A stretch of DNA of 64,000 nt from Balanoglossus misakiensis (Eukaryota; Animalia; Hemichordata), in NCBI GenBank assembly GCA_040954595.2, contig CM082591.2:7492047-7556046 (forward strand), in the 5' to 3' direction. The first letter of the stretch is position 1. Each line of letters starts with the position of its first letter. A program made the position numbers and the translations under genes. Under the pieces are notes generated by a model. The model was not told where the DNA came from and searched no databases. It saw only the letters and a list, made by a program, of their open reading frames with translations. Below, one piece after another: positions 12,956-24,934 of this stretch.

Positions 12956-13074
12956 GGTACATGTTGACAAGTACCGTAATTCAAGGGCTTGCTTACATAC
13001 AGTAAGTCACAGTCTTATGTATACATTCAACTATACCCAGGTACAATATATTTCTTCCCAGCAGGAATATAAAT

Positions 13075-15601
13075 ATGTCAGAACCCTCTGCAGCACTGGT
13101 TGTATTGAAATCATGGGACAAAGAGGCAAAGACCTCCCAACCAACTCATGCTATAATCAAACATCTCAAAGAAAACACACTCCAGTCTGAGAACATTTCT
13201 GAATTCCACTGTACTACCCTTGAAGTTGAAGTGAGTGAAGAACAAAAGAAAGATGCAGAAAGTGTTGGTGCTACTTTGATCCCAGCTACAAAAAGCGAGT
13301 GGTTAGATCTTCATGAAGACCCCCCAGGAGTAAACTGGCTCGTTAACCATGGTACATACTTCCAAGATCTGAAGAAACTGAAAAACATCCAACATGTAGT
13401 CGGATATTCTCCACAGACACAGAATGCAGCCAAAGCAATTCATGAAAGTCTCTTCCCTGAAGCCAAACTTCACCAACTCAGTCTTCCTGACCCACCACCT
13501 GTGGCAGCATTAATGGTCATGCAAACCTGGCAGACAGAATCAGAAGATCAGACAACAATACCAACTCATCAGCTTGTCACTAAATTTCGAGAAGAAACCC
13601 TGAAGTCAGAGAAAGTTTCTCAATCCTACTGTACTACACTTGATGTTGAAGTGAGTGAAGAACAAAGGAAAGATGCAGAGAAATTTGATGTTAATTTGAT
13701 TCCAGCAAAAAGAAACAAGTGGTTGGATCCTCATGAAGACCCTCCTGGAGTAAACTGGTTTGTTAACCATGGTATATACTTCCCTGATCTGAAGAAACTG
13801 AAAAACATCCAACATGTAGTCGGATATTCTCCACAGACACACAATGCAGCCAAAGCAATCCACGAAAGTCTCTTCCCTGAAGCCAAACTTCACCAACTCT
13901 CACTTCCTGAACCACCAGCTGCAGCATTATTGCTACTACCAACCTGGGACACAACCTCAGAAGGGCAGATAACAAAACCAAGTCATATGCTTGTCAATGA
14001 GTTCCATGAAAAGATAAAGTCTGAGAATGTTTCTGAATTCCTCTGTACTACCCTTCAAGTTGAAGTGAGTGAAGAACAAAAGAAAGATGCAAAGAGTGTG
14101 AATGTCACTTTGATCCCAGTCAAAAGAAACAAGTGGTTGGATCCAAAGAAAGATCCACCTGGAGAACACTGGCTCTTCAACCATTGGGTCTACTTCCCAG
14201 GACTGAAGAAACTGAAAAACATCCAACATGTAGTCGGATATTCTCCACATACACACAATGCAGCCAAAGCAATTCATGAAAGTCTCTTCCCTGAAGCCAA
14301 ACTTCATCAACTCCATCTTCCTGATCCACCTCCTGGGGCACTGTTTGTGTATAATGAATGGAACAAAGAAGATTGTGGCTTGACTGGGTTTCACAGAACT
14401 CTTGTACAAGATTTCTGTAAAAGGAAAGTCAAAGAAGGAAGAGCTTACTCCACTCTGGTTGGTGTCAAAGTCAGTGACGACCAGAAGGCAGATGCTGCCA
14501 AGTGTCGGGTTAAATTGATTCCAGCACAACAACCAGAAGACAAAACTGAACCAGAAGATGATCAGCCACATTTAAAATGGTTGACGAAATATCATGAAAT
14601 CTACTACCATCATCTCAGACAGCTACAAAACATCAAGTATGTTGTTGGTTATGCTCCAAAAACTGGATTTGCTGCTGCAAATATCAGAAAAAAAATGTTT
14701 CCTGATGCAGAATTAGTGATGATCAACCATGCCTATGAAGAAGGCAACTGTCTGTTGAAACAACCAAAAGGAAAGTTTAGTGAAATGATGCTGAAGCTGG
14801 CCAGTGAAGCTGACATCATATTTTCAATTGGTCCAAGCATGTATGAGCATTTCAAGAATGAATACCGGGCTACCTTTAATGGCAGGGAACTACACATGAT
14901 CCCTCATGAAGAGATTTTTCCCAGACCTGCTGAAGTCTTTTTCAGAAAAGACCCAACGTTCCTTGATGAAGTGACAACTCACAGCATACTGACATACGGG
15001 CAGATTGATACACAAGAAGCCTTGGACAGATGTGAGACAATAGCAGCTGCTATTGGAAGTGCAGCAAACATGGTGAGAGACTTTCACAACAAACTTCTGA
15101 ATTGGTCAATACGGGGAGCAGGTGAGGCTGAACTGAAGCATATTCTACAGCAGATGAACAGCAATCATGTAATGGCATATCCTTACCCAGATTACTCAGA
15201 AAAGACCTTATTGATATCAGTGCATCAATCTCACAGTTGTCTTCCTGTCTCTGTCTACAAGGACTATCCATATAGCGGTTTAGAATCTATAGCAGTTGGA
15301 CTACCAACCTATCCTGATGAATATTCCCAGCTTGGAAAGTTAGTCAAGAAATACTTTCCATACCACGCAGACAGATTTGTAGTGTCACACTCATCTGATA
15401 AGATTTCAGAGAAGATAATATGGAGTGTCAAGAACACCAGGTCAGCTTTTGAAGAAGCTAAGGAGCTGAAGAAGGCTCTCATGGAGTGTGAAGATGTCAA
15501 CAAGAGTTACGCCAAATTCAGCAGTTTGTTGACACCAGAGGAAATAAGGGAACAGGAAGACAGAGTTGACCCATGTGGCAAGGATACTGAAAATCCTGCA
15601 G
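13075..15601 (+). CDS. Gene 1 exon 1: three ~140-aa repeats plus GT4 (GT-B fold) glycosyltransferase-like domain (~14338-15530)
   Basis: ORF 13075-15771 with donor CAG|GTATGG at 15601/15602. GT4-like motifs: LFVYNEW...GLTGFHRTL, VVGYAPKT, MINH, ADIIFSIGP, GLESIAVGLP. Confidence 0.85.
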
Positions 15602-18600
15602 GTATGGGACATTATAAATATTTTGCCATCAACGCTTTTGGTTCAGGATACAGTTATGTGGTTTTGTTTCTTGACCTGCAAGACTATAGTCAATTTTTAA
15701 TTCTTGACTATCGTATTAGTGGATTAATTCTCCTCCAACCCATCATGGCTTCTGCAATGTTTGAAGTTTGAATTATCATCTAAACATTATTTACATACGG
15801 ATCTCAACTATTTGTCTCATTAGGTAAGCTGTAAATAAAGTATCAATACACCAGGTGTTCTTTTTCGATATCCATATTCCAGCCCCTCATACAATGAACG
15901 GACTACCACAAGTGGTATGTCCATGCATGCTCATACCAAACAGAAATTCAGACTGATGCAGTGTGTGTGTGGATGGATTAATTGTGCATATTAGTTCACC
16001 ATGCAATGTTGTCTCGTACTCAATTGCTTAATTGTTGTTCTACCTGTCATCATCCATAGATAATCCAACTGACACAAAAATTGCAATCCACGTCCAACTG
16101 GATAAAAATGTCTACCAGGAGTATCTAGCAGAAAATGAGGGCCAGAATGAGGAAAGACAGCAAACTATATCTACAGCTTGGAACAACTGCCAACAAGAGT
16201 TGAACAGAAGAGCAGCTGATGTGGTATCCAATAGTGACGACATCAACAAAGTCAAGAAGGCCTGCACTGACAAACTGGGGAAAGTGGACGTAACAAATAT
16301 GGAAACAGGGTCTCTACAAATCACAGCCAACATGCGTAGACTTTATAATCTCTACAGATTGCGGGGAAGCTGTCTTGAAGATTCAAGAAGTTTAGCCAAG
16401 GCATTAGAACCAATCTTGATGACAGATGAAATGACAGAGGCCAACACAGCTGGAATACCACTACAGTTGATAGCTACATATGACCAAGCCAAGTTTGATG
16501 AACTGGAACTATTCTTTCTGAACAGTAAGTTTTGTTTATCAGATAATGCTGTAAAATTTTCGGACTATTGATTAAACAAGAGAAAATAATTTCAATTCAG
16601 GACAAGCTGTGATGGTTGTTAATAATAGCACTTATTGACTAAATGCTCTCCAAAAGAGACAAACATCACTCTGAAATCATAGACAATAGAACAGCAGAAT
16701 TTGATTTGATAAAGATTTAATAGTTAACATATCTACATTCCTCAACATGTTATTCTATTATTATCTTTCAGGAGATGGTGGAGGAATAGGACCAGTGGTA
16801 TGTGACGACAGCGTAGACGATGAATATGTCAATGAGATACTGGCTGAGGTATGCTTTGTAATTTTAACCCTTAAAGTGGCACACCTGATCAATTGCAAGC
16901 CAAGCTGCTCTTGCATAATTGTCTTCTTCAAGAGCAATATCAGCTGCACAGGCCTGCTAGTAGACCCATTGCAAATCTGGTGACTGTGTGGTATTTGAGT
17001 GATGAATATTATATCATGTGATCAAAACAGTATTTCTGAGATGCGCACTTCAACAGTTTCAATGTCTTTTATACGGTATATAGTTGTCAAATAATAAAAG
17101 TGTTCGTTTCTTGCAATTTCAGATTGACAGAACACACTTGACTTTGCAACGGGAGTTAACAGAAAAAGATTCTGATACTGAACACACTGACCTGAAACAA
17201 AGTGAGTGATTTTACCATCATTTCAGTCAATGACAACAAACTGCACATTTAGGCTTCATAAATATTCAAAGATTCAAAAAATACTGGCATAAAATGTGTT
17301 TTATATCCAAATTTTCCTTGATGATACACATTTGACTTGGCGTTGCACTTACACAATACTCTGACTTTTTTACCAAATGAACAATGTAGGAAGGTTTTTG
17401 TTGTGGCCATAAAAATTGATAAATCGTTATACCGGTATTTTGTTAACTTGCAATGATGAGCTGTGATATGAAAGAACAATTGTCAGCCAACATTAACATT
17501 CTATCATACATTGCACAGTACACCATTTATTCTTTCTGAATCACCAGTTTGATTTGATGCTTGAAAGATTGATGTGCCAAGACTAAAAACCTGATTTTGT
17601 TTGTATTTTGTAGGTGGGATATTATCCAAGTTGTTGTTCCTTGAGATTGATCCGACACGAGAAATCCAGAAATCAGCTGACAAATATGCACCTCTGATAC
17701 TCAACAGTGAGCAGTGTAAAAGACAGAAAGGAAGACAGTGTGACATCATACAACTTACATTGAAAATGACCGAGAAAGTTCAGCATATCCTATCTCACAG
17801 ACCTCAAGTCTTAGAGTTACTGGGTGTTAGAAGGTACCTAATGACTGACACAGAAAGGATGGATTTTAGTGAATCAGGTAATTCACAAATATGATGCAAA
17901 CAGCATATTTACTTTACAAAGGGAAGTATGTTTGTTGCACTTTGTAACGAAAAGTAAATAGGAACATACACAGCTATGCACTGGTGTGCAACATGAATGA
18001 AACTTTACAATAGTTATGCAATAATATCATTCTCTATGTGTGATAATTATGGAACTTAATACATGTCCAAGGTTACTTGATATCAATGACATATTTATCT
18101 ACATTCACCATTTCAGAGTTTGAAGATGAAATCACACTAAATGGCAGACCAATTCATCCAATACCAGCAGAGTCTATCAGCTTACAAGCAAAAAGCTTAC
18201 TGCCCTTTGAAGCTAGTGCAAAGCAGCTCAAAGAACTAAAACAACAGTTGGATGGGGCCCTGACAGAGAAGTCCAAAATTCAGACTGAGTCAGTTGAGAA
18301 TAAGAGAAAGCTAGTTGGAGAAATAACTAAACTGCAGACTGAGTCAGTTGAGAATAAGAGAAAGCTAGTTGGAGAAATCACTAAACTGCAGACAGAGAAA
18401 ATGATTCTAGAGAATCAGTTGAAAGAAGCACTTCAGGAAAAGTCCTTCTTAGAAGAGCAGTACAAACAGAAACTTGCAAGTGTTGAGAAAGTAGCCTCAA
18501 CACAACTTATGGATGTCATTTCCCTGAAGCAAAGATTGAAAGAATCAGACCCAAGAAACATCCAAGAATTACAATCTAAACTTGAACAACAAGAACAAAC

Positions 18601-21550
18601 CATAACTGAGCTAAAGTCAAAATTATCCAAAATTCAGGATATGCAATCTGACACTGAGCTGCAAATGAAAACTGCTAAAACTCTTCAACTGGAAGAAGAT
18701 GCAAAATTGGAAACTGAACAAGGTGAGATTGGTATAAATCTGCTTCGATTATTCCTCCATCAAGAAACCCTTGGTCAAATAAAATCTTCCAGCTCATATT
18801 AGATTATAAAAAATGCAAATTTTCAATGTTGTAAGGATTAACCAAGTACTTAACATTTAATTTCAAATATTTGTAGGCAAACTTACACCATCTGATGTGC
18901 CTCTCAAGAAAGATGACACAGGAGACATATCACCTGTCACCATGGCTACAAAAGATGAAGATGAGCCTGTGAAACCAGCATCTATGCAACCTGAGATGGC
19001 ATCAGAAGAAACAGGAGCAGAGAAAGCCAGACATCCACAACCAGAGAAAATGGGAAATAAAGACATTGAGGCTGTGGCCAAGATGACGGAAGGAGATGGA
19101 ACTGAGACTGAGAAAACCAAAGAGAAAGAACTTAAGACAAAAGAAAAAGGTACACCAAACCTGTCAATGAGAAGCTTAGAAAGTTGGAACTATATTTACA
19201 TTCAATCTGATGTTGAAAAGAGCAGTATTCTTGACAGAGAAAAAAAAAGCCAATGAGATAAGTTAATATTCAATAATTGCCAAATGTGTATATTTAATTT
19301 ACAACACTATATTTTCATAGTTTGATCACTTTCTTTTGCAGAAGAAAAGCCATCCGAAGGTGTCATTAGCGAGATAGGGAGATTTTTTGGTGAAAGTAAA
19401 GAAACTGCTGGTGATTCAGGGACTACAAGAAGTAAAGAGATATCTGAGGATACAAAGGGAGCCAGTGTTTCAGCAGAACCTTCTCAAACAGGTATGTGCA
19501 TTACATCTCAGTGGTGGAAAATAACAGTTAAATACATGTGTTGATAATAAGGGACCAGTTGATTCAAAACTTCAAGTAAATATTGAATCATTGGTTGCCA
19601 GAAAGCAGACCAACTCTGGTCGGCTGGAAAAAAAAAAAACCTATATCACAACAACATTACTGATAGTACATATAGTTAGAAATAATTTTCTTTATATTGA
19701 AAAGCAATAGAAATAGTTTCAGAAATTGATGTTTGTCTGGTTGCCCTGGTTTCTTGGCACTGAAAAACTACAAGTATAAGGTAGGCAATGATCCCTGAGA
19801 CACAGTTCAAGAATTTTTATGTAAGAACTACTTATTCCAAAATTACAAGGCAAAGATTATTCCTATACTGATCTGCTAAGATGTGTTACCATGACAACAA
19901 TACCTGTCACTAAATCCATTGAGCAGTTGAATAGGAACATTTTTTATGGGTTACAAAGACCATAAATAAAGTGATAATTTCAGGTAATATTTCTGTTACT
20001 CGATATAAAAAATAGAATTAGTAATTTATATTGACATTTTGTCCAGTTTCCATGGTTACTTGTAATTGGAAAATGTGTACATATAGAGTACTTTGTTACA
20101 AATATATATCATGGCTTGAACTTGTTAAATTTGTAAAAAAAGTTTAAAGTTAAACTAAAACACTAACTTTAACACATTGCCAATGTTATACAAAATACAT
20201 TGAGGTTCAGTTGTCGTGGTTACCAGTGAATAATGCTACCATCATACATTTTTTCCTGAAAATAATGGACCAAAGAATTATCCCTGAAACTCAGTTCAAG
20301 AATTGTTATGTAATGTCTACCGAGTCAAAAGTTACAAGAAAAAGATTATTTTTGAACTGATTTCTTCAAATGTGTTACCAAGGCAACATCAATGTTAGTA
20401 TATCTATTGAATGGTTAAATAAAAAAGCCTTTAATGTATTTTATAATAAGCTGTTAAAAAGAGACAAAGTAAATGTCCTCCTAGCTATTGCCTGAAAAAG
20501 AAATAGTTCAAGAAACTCATAGTTGCTCTGGTTGCCATGGTTATTTGTCTTTGTAAACATGGTGTAGAGAAACTGGCCTTTAGTAGTTATGTTGCCACAG
20601 CAATGACTCGTTTCTTTTTTAATATGTTTTCTCTTGTTAAAATGAACAATAAAACACTAACTCTAGCATATTCCTAATGCATTTCAGTATGGTACAGCAT
20701 GTTTGAACTTTGACCTCTGTTTCACCTAACAGGTCACTGGTCAGTGAGGACACTGGATGGCCGAAGTCCAAAGCCAGGGCAAAAGTTTAAACGACCAAGA
20801 GGTATGGTGTTCCATGGTGACAAACTGGTGGTGTGTGACCGAGGCAACAGGGTTGTACAGATACTGAATCAAGATTACACCTGTGACAAAGTCTTGGGAA
20901 GTTTTGATGGTCAGTTTGCAGAGCCATTCCAGCCACAGGATGTAGCTGTCTCCCATGACAATATCTACTTCATAAGTGATGACGGAAACTCTCAAATTGT
21001 TGTTTGTGATCAAAACAATAAAATTCTTAGAATAATTACTCTACCTGCAGGTGTCAATGTCTATGGCATCGCTCTACTGAATGGATTTGTTTTGGTCACT
21101 GAGGTCAAAGGTTGTCGGCTACTCAAGTACACCCAAGATGGTCAGTATGTTGCAGAGGTTGGTGGTCGAGGTGTTGGCCAAACACAATTCCATTACCCGT
21201 ACTCTGTGGTGGTCAACAGTAAGAATGTCATCATGATGTCTGACTGGGGCAATCACTGCATCAAGTGTTTTGATTCTGAATTGAAATTCTTGTATCAATT
21301 TGGTGTGAAAGGTTCAGGTCCTGGTCAGCTGTGGTATCCATTCAGCATTGACGTCGATGACGATGATAATTTGTTTGTGTGTGATTATGTGAATGCTAGG
21401 ATTGTGAAATGGAGATTTGATGGAGAGTGGATCTGTCACTTATTTGAAGGTGAGGTGAGATACCCTGACTTCCTTGCAGTCAGCGGTGACAGAATTGCTG
21501 TTAGAGAGTTGAACAGCGACCAAATCAAAGTATTCCACAAGCAGACATAA
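13075..21550 (+). CDS. Gene 1: (GT4 N-lobe)x3 - GT4-like glycosyltransferase - TRADD-N-like - coiled coil - NHL beta-propeller protein, ~1752 aa. Exons 13075-15601, 16060-16524, 16772-16848, 17123-17201, 17614-17877, 18117-18722, 18877-19149, 19342-19491, 20733-21550
   Basis: All 8 introns are GT-AG with pyrimidine-rich acceptors. Phases are 1,1,0,1,1,1,1,1 and the summed CDS is 5259 nt with no internal stop. Most splice sites are conserved in paralog 2. Domain calls are from motif recognition. Confidence 0.85.
16060..16524 (+). CDS. Gene 1 exon 2: TRADD-N-like domain
   Basis: VDVTNMETGSLQITANMRRLYNLYRLRGSCLEDSRSLAKALEPILMTDEM resembles the GS-beta-strand / L..L..L / L...L...L.T pattern of invertebrate TRADD-N-like domains. 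Phase 1-1 exon of 465 nt. Confidence 0.65.
18117..18722 (+). CDS. Gene 1 exon 6: coiled coil with two 18-aa (54-nt) repeats
   Basis: E/K/L/Q-rich heptads; QTESVENKRKLVGEITKL occurs twice. Confidence 0.85.
20733..21550 (+). CDS. Gene 1 exon 9: NHL-repeat six-bladed beta-propeller (TRIM71/brat-type C-terminus)
   Basis: FKRPRGM..LVVCDRGNRVVQI, PQDVAV, GQTQFHYPYSVVV..MSDWGNHCIKCF, GPGQLWYPFSIDVD..FVCDYVNARI. Confidence 0.93.
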
Positions 21551-21645
21551 ACATAACCATGAAATGCATGTCCACACGACATCAAAAAAGTGAAATTCGG
21601 GGAAAAATTTAGAGGGTACGTCGATAAATTTACGATTGATCGCAT

Positions 21646-22390
21646 GCCATGGCAACAAAGTTCAAACTGAACCAATGTCACTTTCACAATTTTTGGAGTT
21701 ATTTTCCACATTTTGAAGAATAATTTCAGACAAAAATTAATTGTAGGTGCAGTCGCTATATGTACTGAGTGTTGACAAAATAAATTAAGGCTGTTTTGAA
21801 TTATTTTTGCAGTTTTTTTTGAAGAATTTTGAGACAAGACTGTTTGAAATTGAATGCATTCCGTCAATTTTGCATGTACACAATCAAAAAATTGGGTTCT
21901 TTTTTCCACATTTACAAAGCTCATTTTGGAAAGAAAATATTTCAGTCTACAGTCGCTTCATGTTACAAGTATAAACAATCCAAGTCTGAGTCGTTTTGGA
22001 ATATTTTTACTCGTTTTTTCCCCCTGAATTTTGACATGAAGGGGTCTGAAAGTTTATGATGTGCAGTCCACTTTCCATCAGATCTCCATTGCATCCAAAA
22101 GGATGAAGGCGTTTCATCGATTTATGTGTGCAAAATAATTCTAAACACTTACCTGTAAATCGCCAGAGATATATATTGTATTGTGATCTGTAAATATTTC
22201 CATTCGATAGTCCAAAATTGTTGTTATTACAAATATATATGAACAAGGGATGTGAACGGCGAAGTTTTACCGCCATGATTTGCATATCCACTTTTGATTA
22301 TTTGTTTAGAGGGCGCACTTAGAGCTCGATGAGACTATAGTGTGAAAGAGTGATTTTGCAGTTCTATGTTAATCAAGGTTTGATATGTAC
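21646..22390 (+). repeat. Dispersed repeat, copy 2, just downstream of the gene 1 stop codon
   Basis: Matches 6113-6820. Confidence 0.85.
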
Positions 22391-22649
22391 AGAAAGTTTT
22401 GTTGTTGTTGTTGTTGTTGTTTTTCGTTGATTTCAAGGAGTAAAATTTCGCTGCCTGGCTGACAAGCGTTAATACAGTCATCTGATTCAGAGGCAACAAC
22501 TGAAATACTGACGTCAGGGGGCGCTATGACCATTTTTGCTATCAGGCCGACGACTCTGGCTGTTCTCCATCGTCCTGTGTGTTTTGAGGGCGCTGTCATT
22601 TTGCCCGATAGAAATATGCCTTGGCAAGCAAAGATGACTTGCGCTGATT

Positions 22650-24060
22650 GTATGATACTCTAGCGAGCTTTCCTTGTTTGTCTTCAGTTGATATTTTTGT
22701 AACTAACATGTACATGGTCATCAGTAATTGTTTACCGTGTTATTTTTAGTTTTTATTGTAAATATCACATTCTGTTTGTATTTAGTTTATTTGTTTGTTT
22801 GAATGTTACTATACATGCACGTGCATACATACATACATACATACATTCATATATACATACCGGCGTACATGTAAATAATACTTGCATGTGTGTGTGATGT
22901 GTGCAGGATATACTTCCCCATGTTTTGAGTGTGAATGGAGGACATCCCTATGGATATAGGTATGTGAAGGACTCGCCCCTGCAGGCTAATAGCCATAGTC
23001 TACAGATGAGAGTCATCTGTTCTCCAATAGTGCTACATCAAGGGAAACCCTTGTAAAATTGACTGGGGAAAATCAGTAACATTCACCAGGGTACCGTCAT
23101 TAAACATTTGCATTCATTTCTGATGATGATCAAGTATCCCGCCACTGTACTACCAATATGTTGTTGATTCTGGAAAATTTGTCGATAGACTGGCCAAAAT
23201 GTTTGGATGAAACCTTGCACTCAAATGCACTAACATGATCAACCAATGAACATACAACCTAAAAGTTAAGGAATAAACAACAGACAATAATAGTAGGTAG
23301 ATAGTGTAGATTTATTGATATACAAACACTAGTATGAAAAATGGACAACTTTACACTGTTACACACAAGAAAATTGTCATTTCATACAATTTGGGGGAAT
23401 TTTTCATTGTATTGGCCCTTTTGAATATATATTAAGATGAACGTTTTATTGAGTCTCTTTATTTAGTATTTTTTTTTTTTTTTTTTTTAGTGATTAGTGG
23501 TCTTTATTCAGTATTTCTAGGCCATCGGCCCAACATACTTCATATTTTAGTCAAACAAGTACAGAAAAAAATGACAGGAAAATAATATTTACAAACACTC
23601 AAAATAAGTCCATATCATGTATTTCCTTTCTCACTTTCATAGCATGGAAAGTGAAAGCTGCTAGACGTTGTAGTGTATCTGGATCCTCAGTTGTCATTAA
23701 ACAAATAAACTTTCTTTCCGTTGGTGGATTAAAATAATAATGGTGAATATACTTCATCCTCATGTTTTCAAAAAAAATACAGAATAAAACAAAATGACAT
23801 TCGTTTTTAACTTCATTTTTGTTACACATCAAACATACTCAGTTTTCTTATATATGTACTACAAAATATAATGTCTTATATAGAAGTCTTATGATACTCT
23901 AGCATTGCTTTCTTTGTTTGTTTGTTTTTAGTTGATATTTTTGTAACTAAAATGTACATAGTCAGTAAACAATCAGTAAGTTGTCTATTGTGTTATTTTG
24001 TGTTTTTATTGTAAATAATCACATTCTGTTTGTGTTTACATGTACTTTATTTTTTTGAAT
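22650..24060 (+). repeat. ~160-bp direct repeats (22650-22810 and 23890-24060) bracketing a (CATA)n tract and a LINE fragment
   Basis: tatgatactctagc...gttgatatttttgtaacta...ttttattgtaaata..tcacattctgtttg occurs twice. Confidence 0.7.
23468..23850 (-). mobile_element. LINE 3' fragment with poly(A) tail
   Basis: Minus-strand CNKNEVKNECHFVLFC..F...R resembles the C-terminal Cys/His motif of LINE ORF2. AATAAA and an A-run of ~21 nt follow (T-run at 23468-23488 on +). Confidence 0.7.
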
Positions 24061-24934
24061 TTGTTTAAACTTTTAATGTAGTTGAATGTTTAGCTGGGAA
24101 AATGCATCTGTATATGGCACCTTGACTTCATCAATAGCCATAATTTAATGGCTGAAAGTCGTGTTACTACTGTTAAGTCATTTTATTGAATGCAAGAATT
24201 TATGATGGAATTGGACGTAATCCCATGATTGACAGCCAGGTCAGCACATTTTCATGATTGACAATATATATAGTAGTACCTATTTTTAATAGTTATGTAG
24301 GTCTCTTACACTAGTAAATGAGTCAGTTTGCAACATATATCTACATGTAATAAATGGGAATGTGATAAATTTAACACCTGTGTTTTGATTTCAATTAATT
24401 GAAGGTAATTATTATCCCCCCCTCAGGTGACAGACTTCAATCCTTTTATGGCAAAGTACAATTAATCAAAACCTTTATTGTTTACATTTATGAAAGAGAC
24501 CAGGCACCTATGATTTGCTGGAATATGTGAATATTTCAGGTACTACTTGATTCATTGCAAAAAATAAACCATTAATACTATACTTGTTGGTATTATTCAT
24601 ACCTGTTGTTGTCAATTTGGAAATTAACTACATTTTACTTTGTTTGCAGTGACACAGTTAAAGTTGACCTTATTTGACCTTCCCCTAGTGACATAGGCTG
24701 TCAACAAATCTCAAAGTGAAACTGAAAAACAATTTCTACTTTAAGTTGAGCAGACGGCAACAAAATTCCAATCACTAAAGAATATCAAAAACTTTAGTAT
24801 AAGGTACTAATAACTCTTGAGTTTATGAAGCTGTTGGGCATTTTTTTCAAAGGTTTTTAGAATTGAATAGCTGACATGTTGTCAATGGAGACTGGCAATT
24901 GAACTTTGACAGTGTCTCGATCTCGACTGTGTTG

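Larger units (their letters stand above)
2316..24480 (+). repeat. Segmental duplication unit 1 (paralogous to ~24482-36147 and 60475-64000)
   Basis: Collinear shared blocks: 2316/24482 (ttacatttatgaaagagacc), ~3245/24895, 3299/25309, 3750/25675, 11354/25851, 11720/26408, 12190/28840, then the whole gene. The copies differ mainly in TE insertions. Confidence 0.88.

Noticed and set aside
13606-15503. Antisense ORFs over exon 1 (and 29741-32550), plus plus-strand ORFs over the Gypsy pol
   Set aside because: They are shadow frames of real coding sequence with no motifs.
13075-15601. Bacterial contamination or recent horizontal transfer suggested by the long intronless GT4 ORF
   Set aside because: It is embedded in a spliced gene with conserved GT-AG introns, among animal transposons.
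15602-15771. Hydrophobic C-terminal tail of the 898-aa ORF (possible transmembrane segment)
   Set aside because: It lies after the donor CAG|GTATGG and is not conserved in paralog 2, so it is read-through into the intron.
15883-15914. Possible AG...GT micro-exon in intron 1
   Set aside because: 32 nt would break the frame between phase-1 exons, and it has no counterpart in gene 2.
20733-21550. Calling the gene TRIM71/lin-41, brat or TRIM2/3
   Set aside because: Only the NHL propeller is shared. There is no RING, B-box or filamin domain in the reconstructed CDS, so no gene symbol was assigned.
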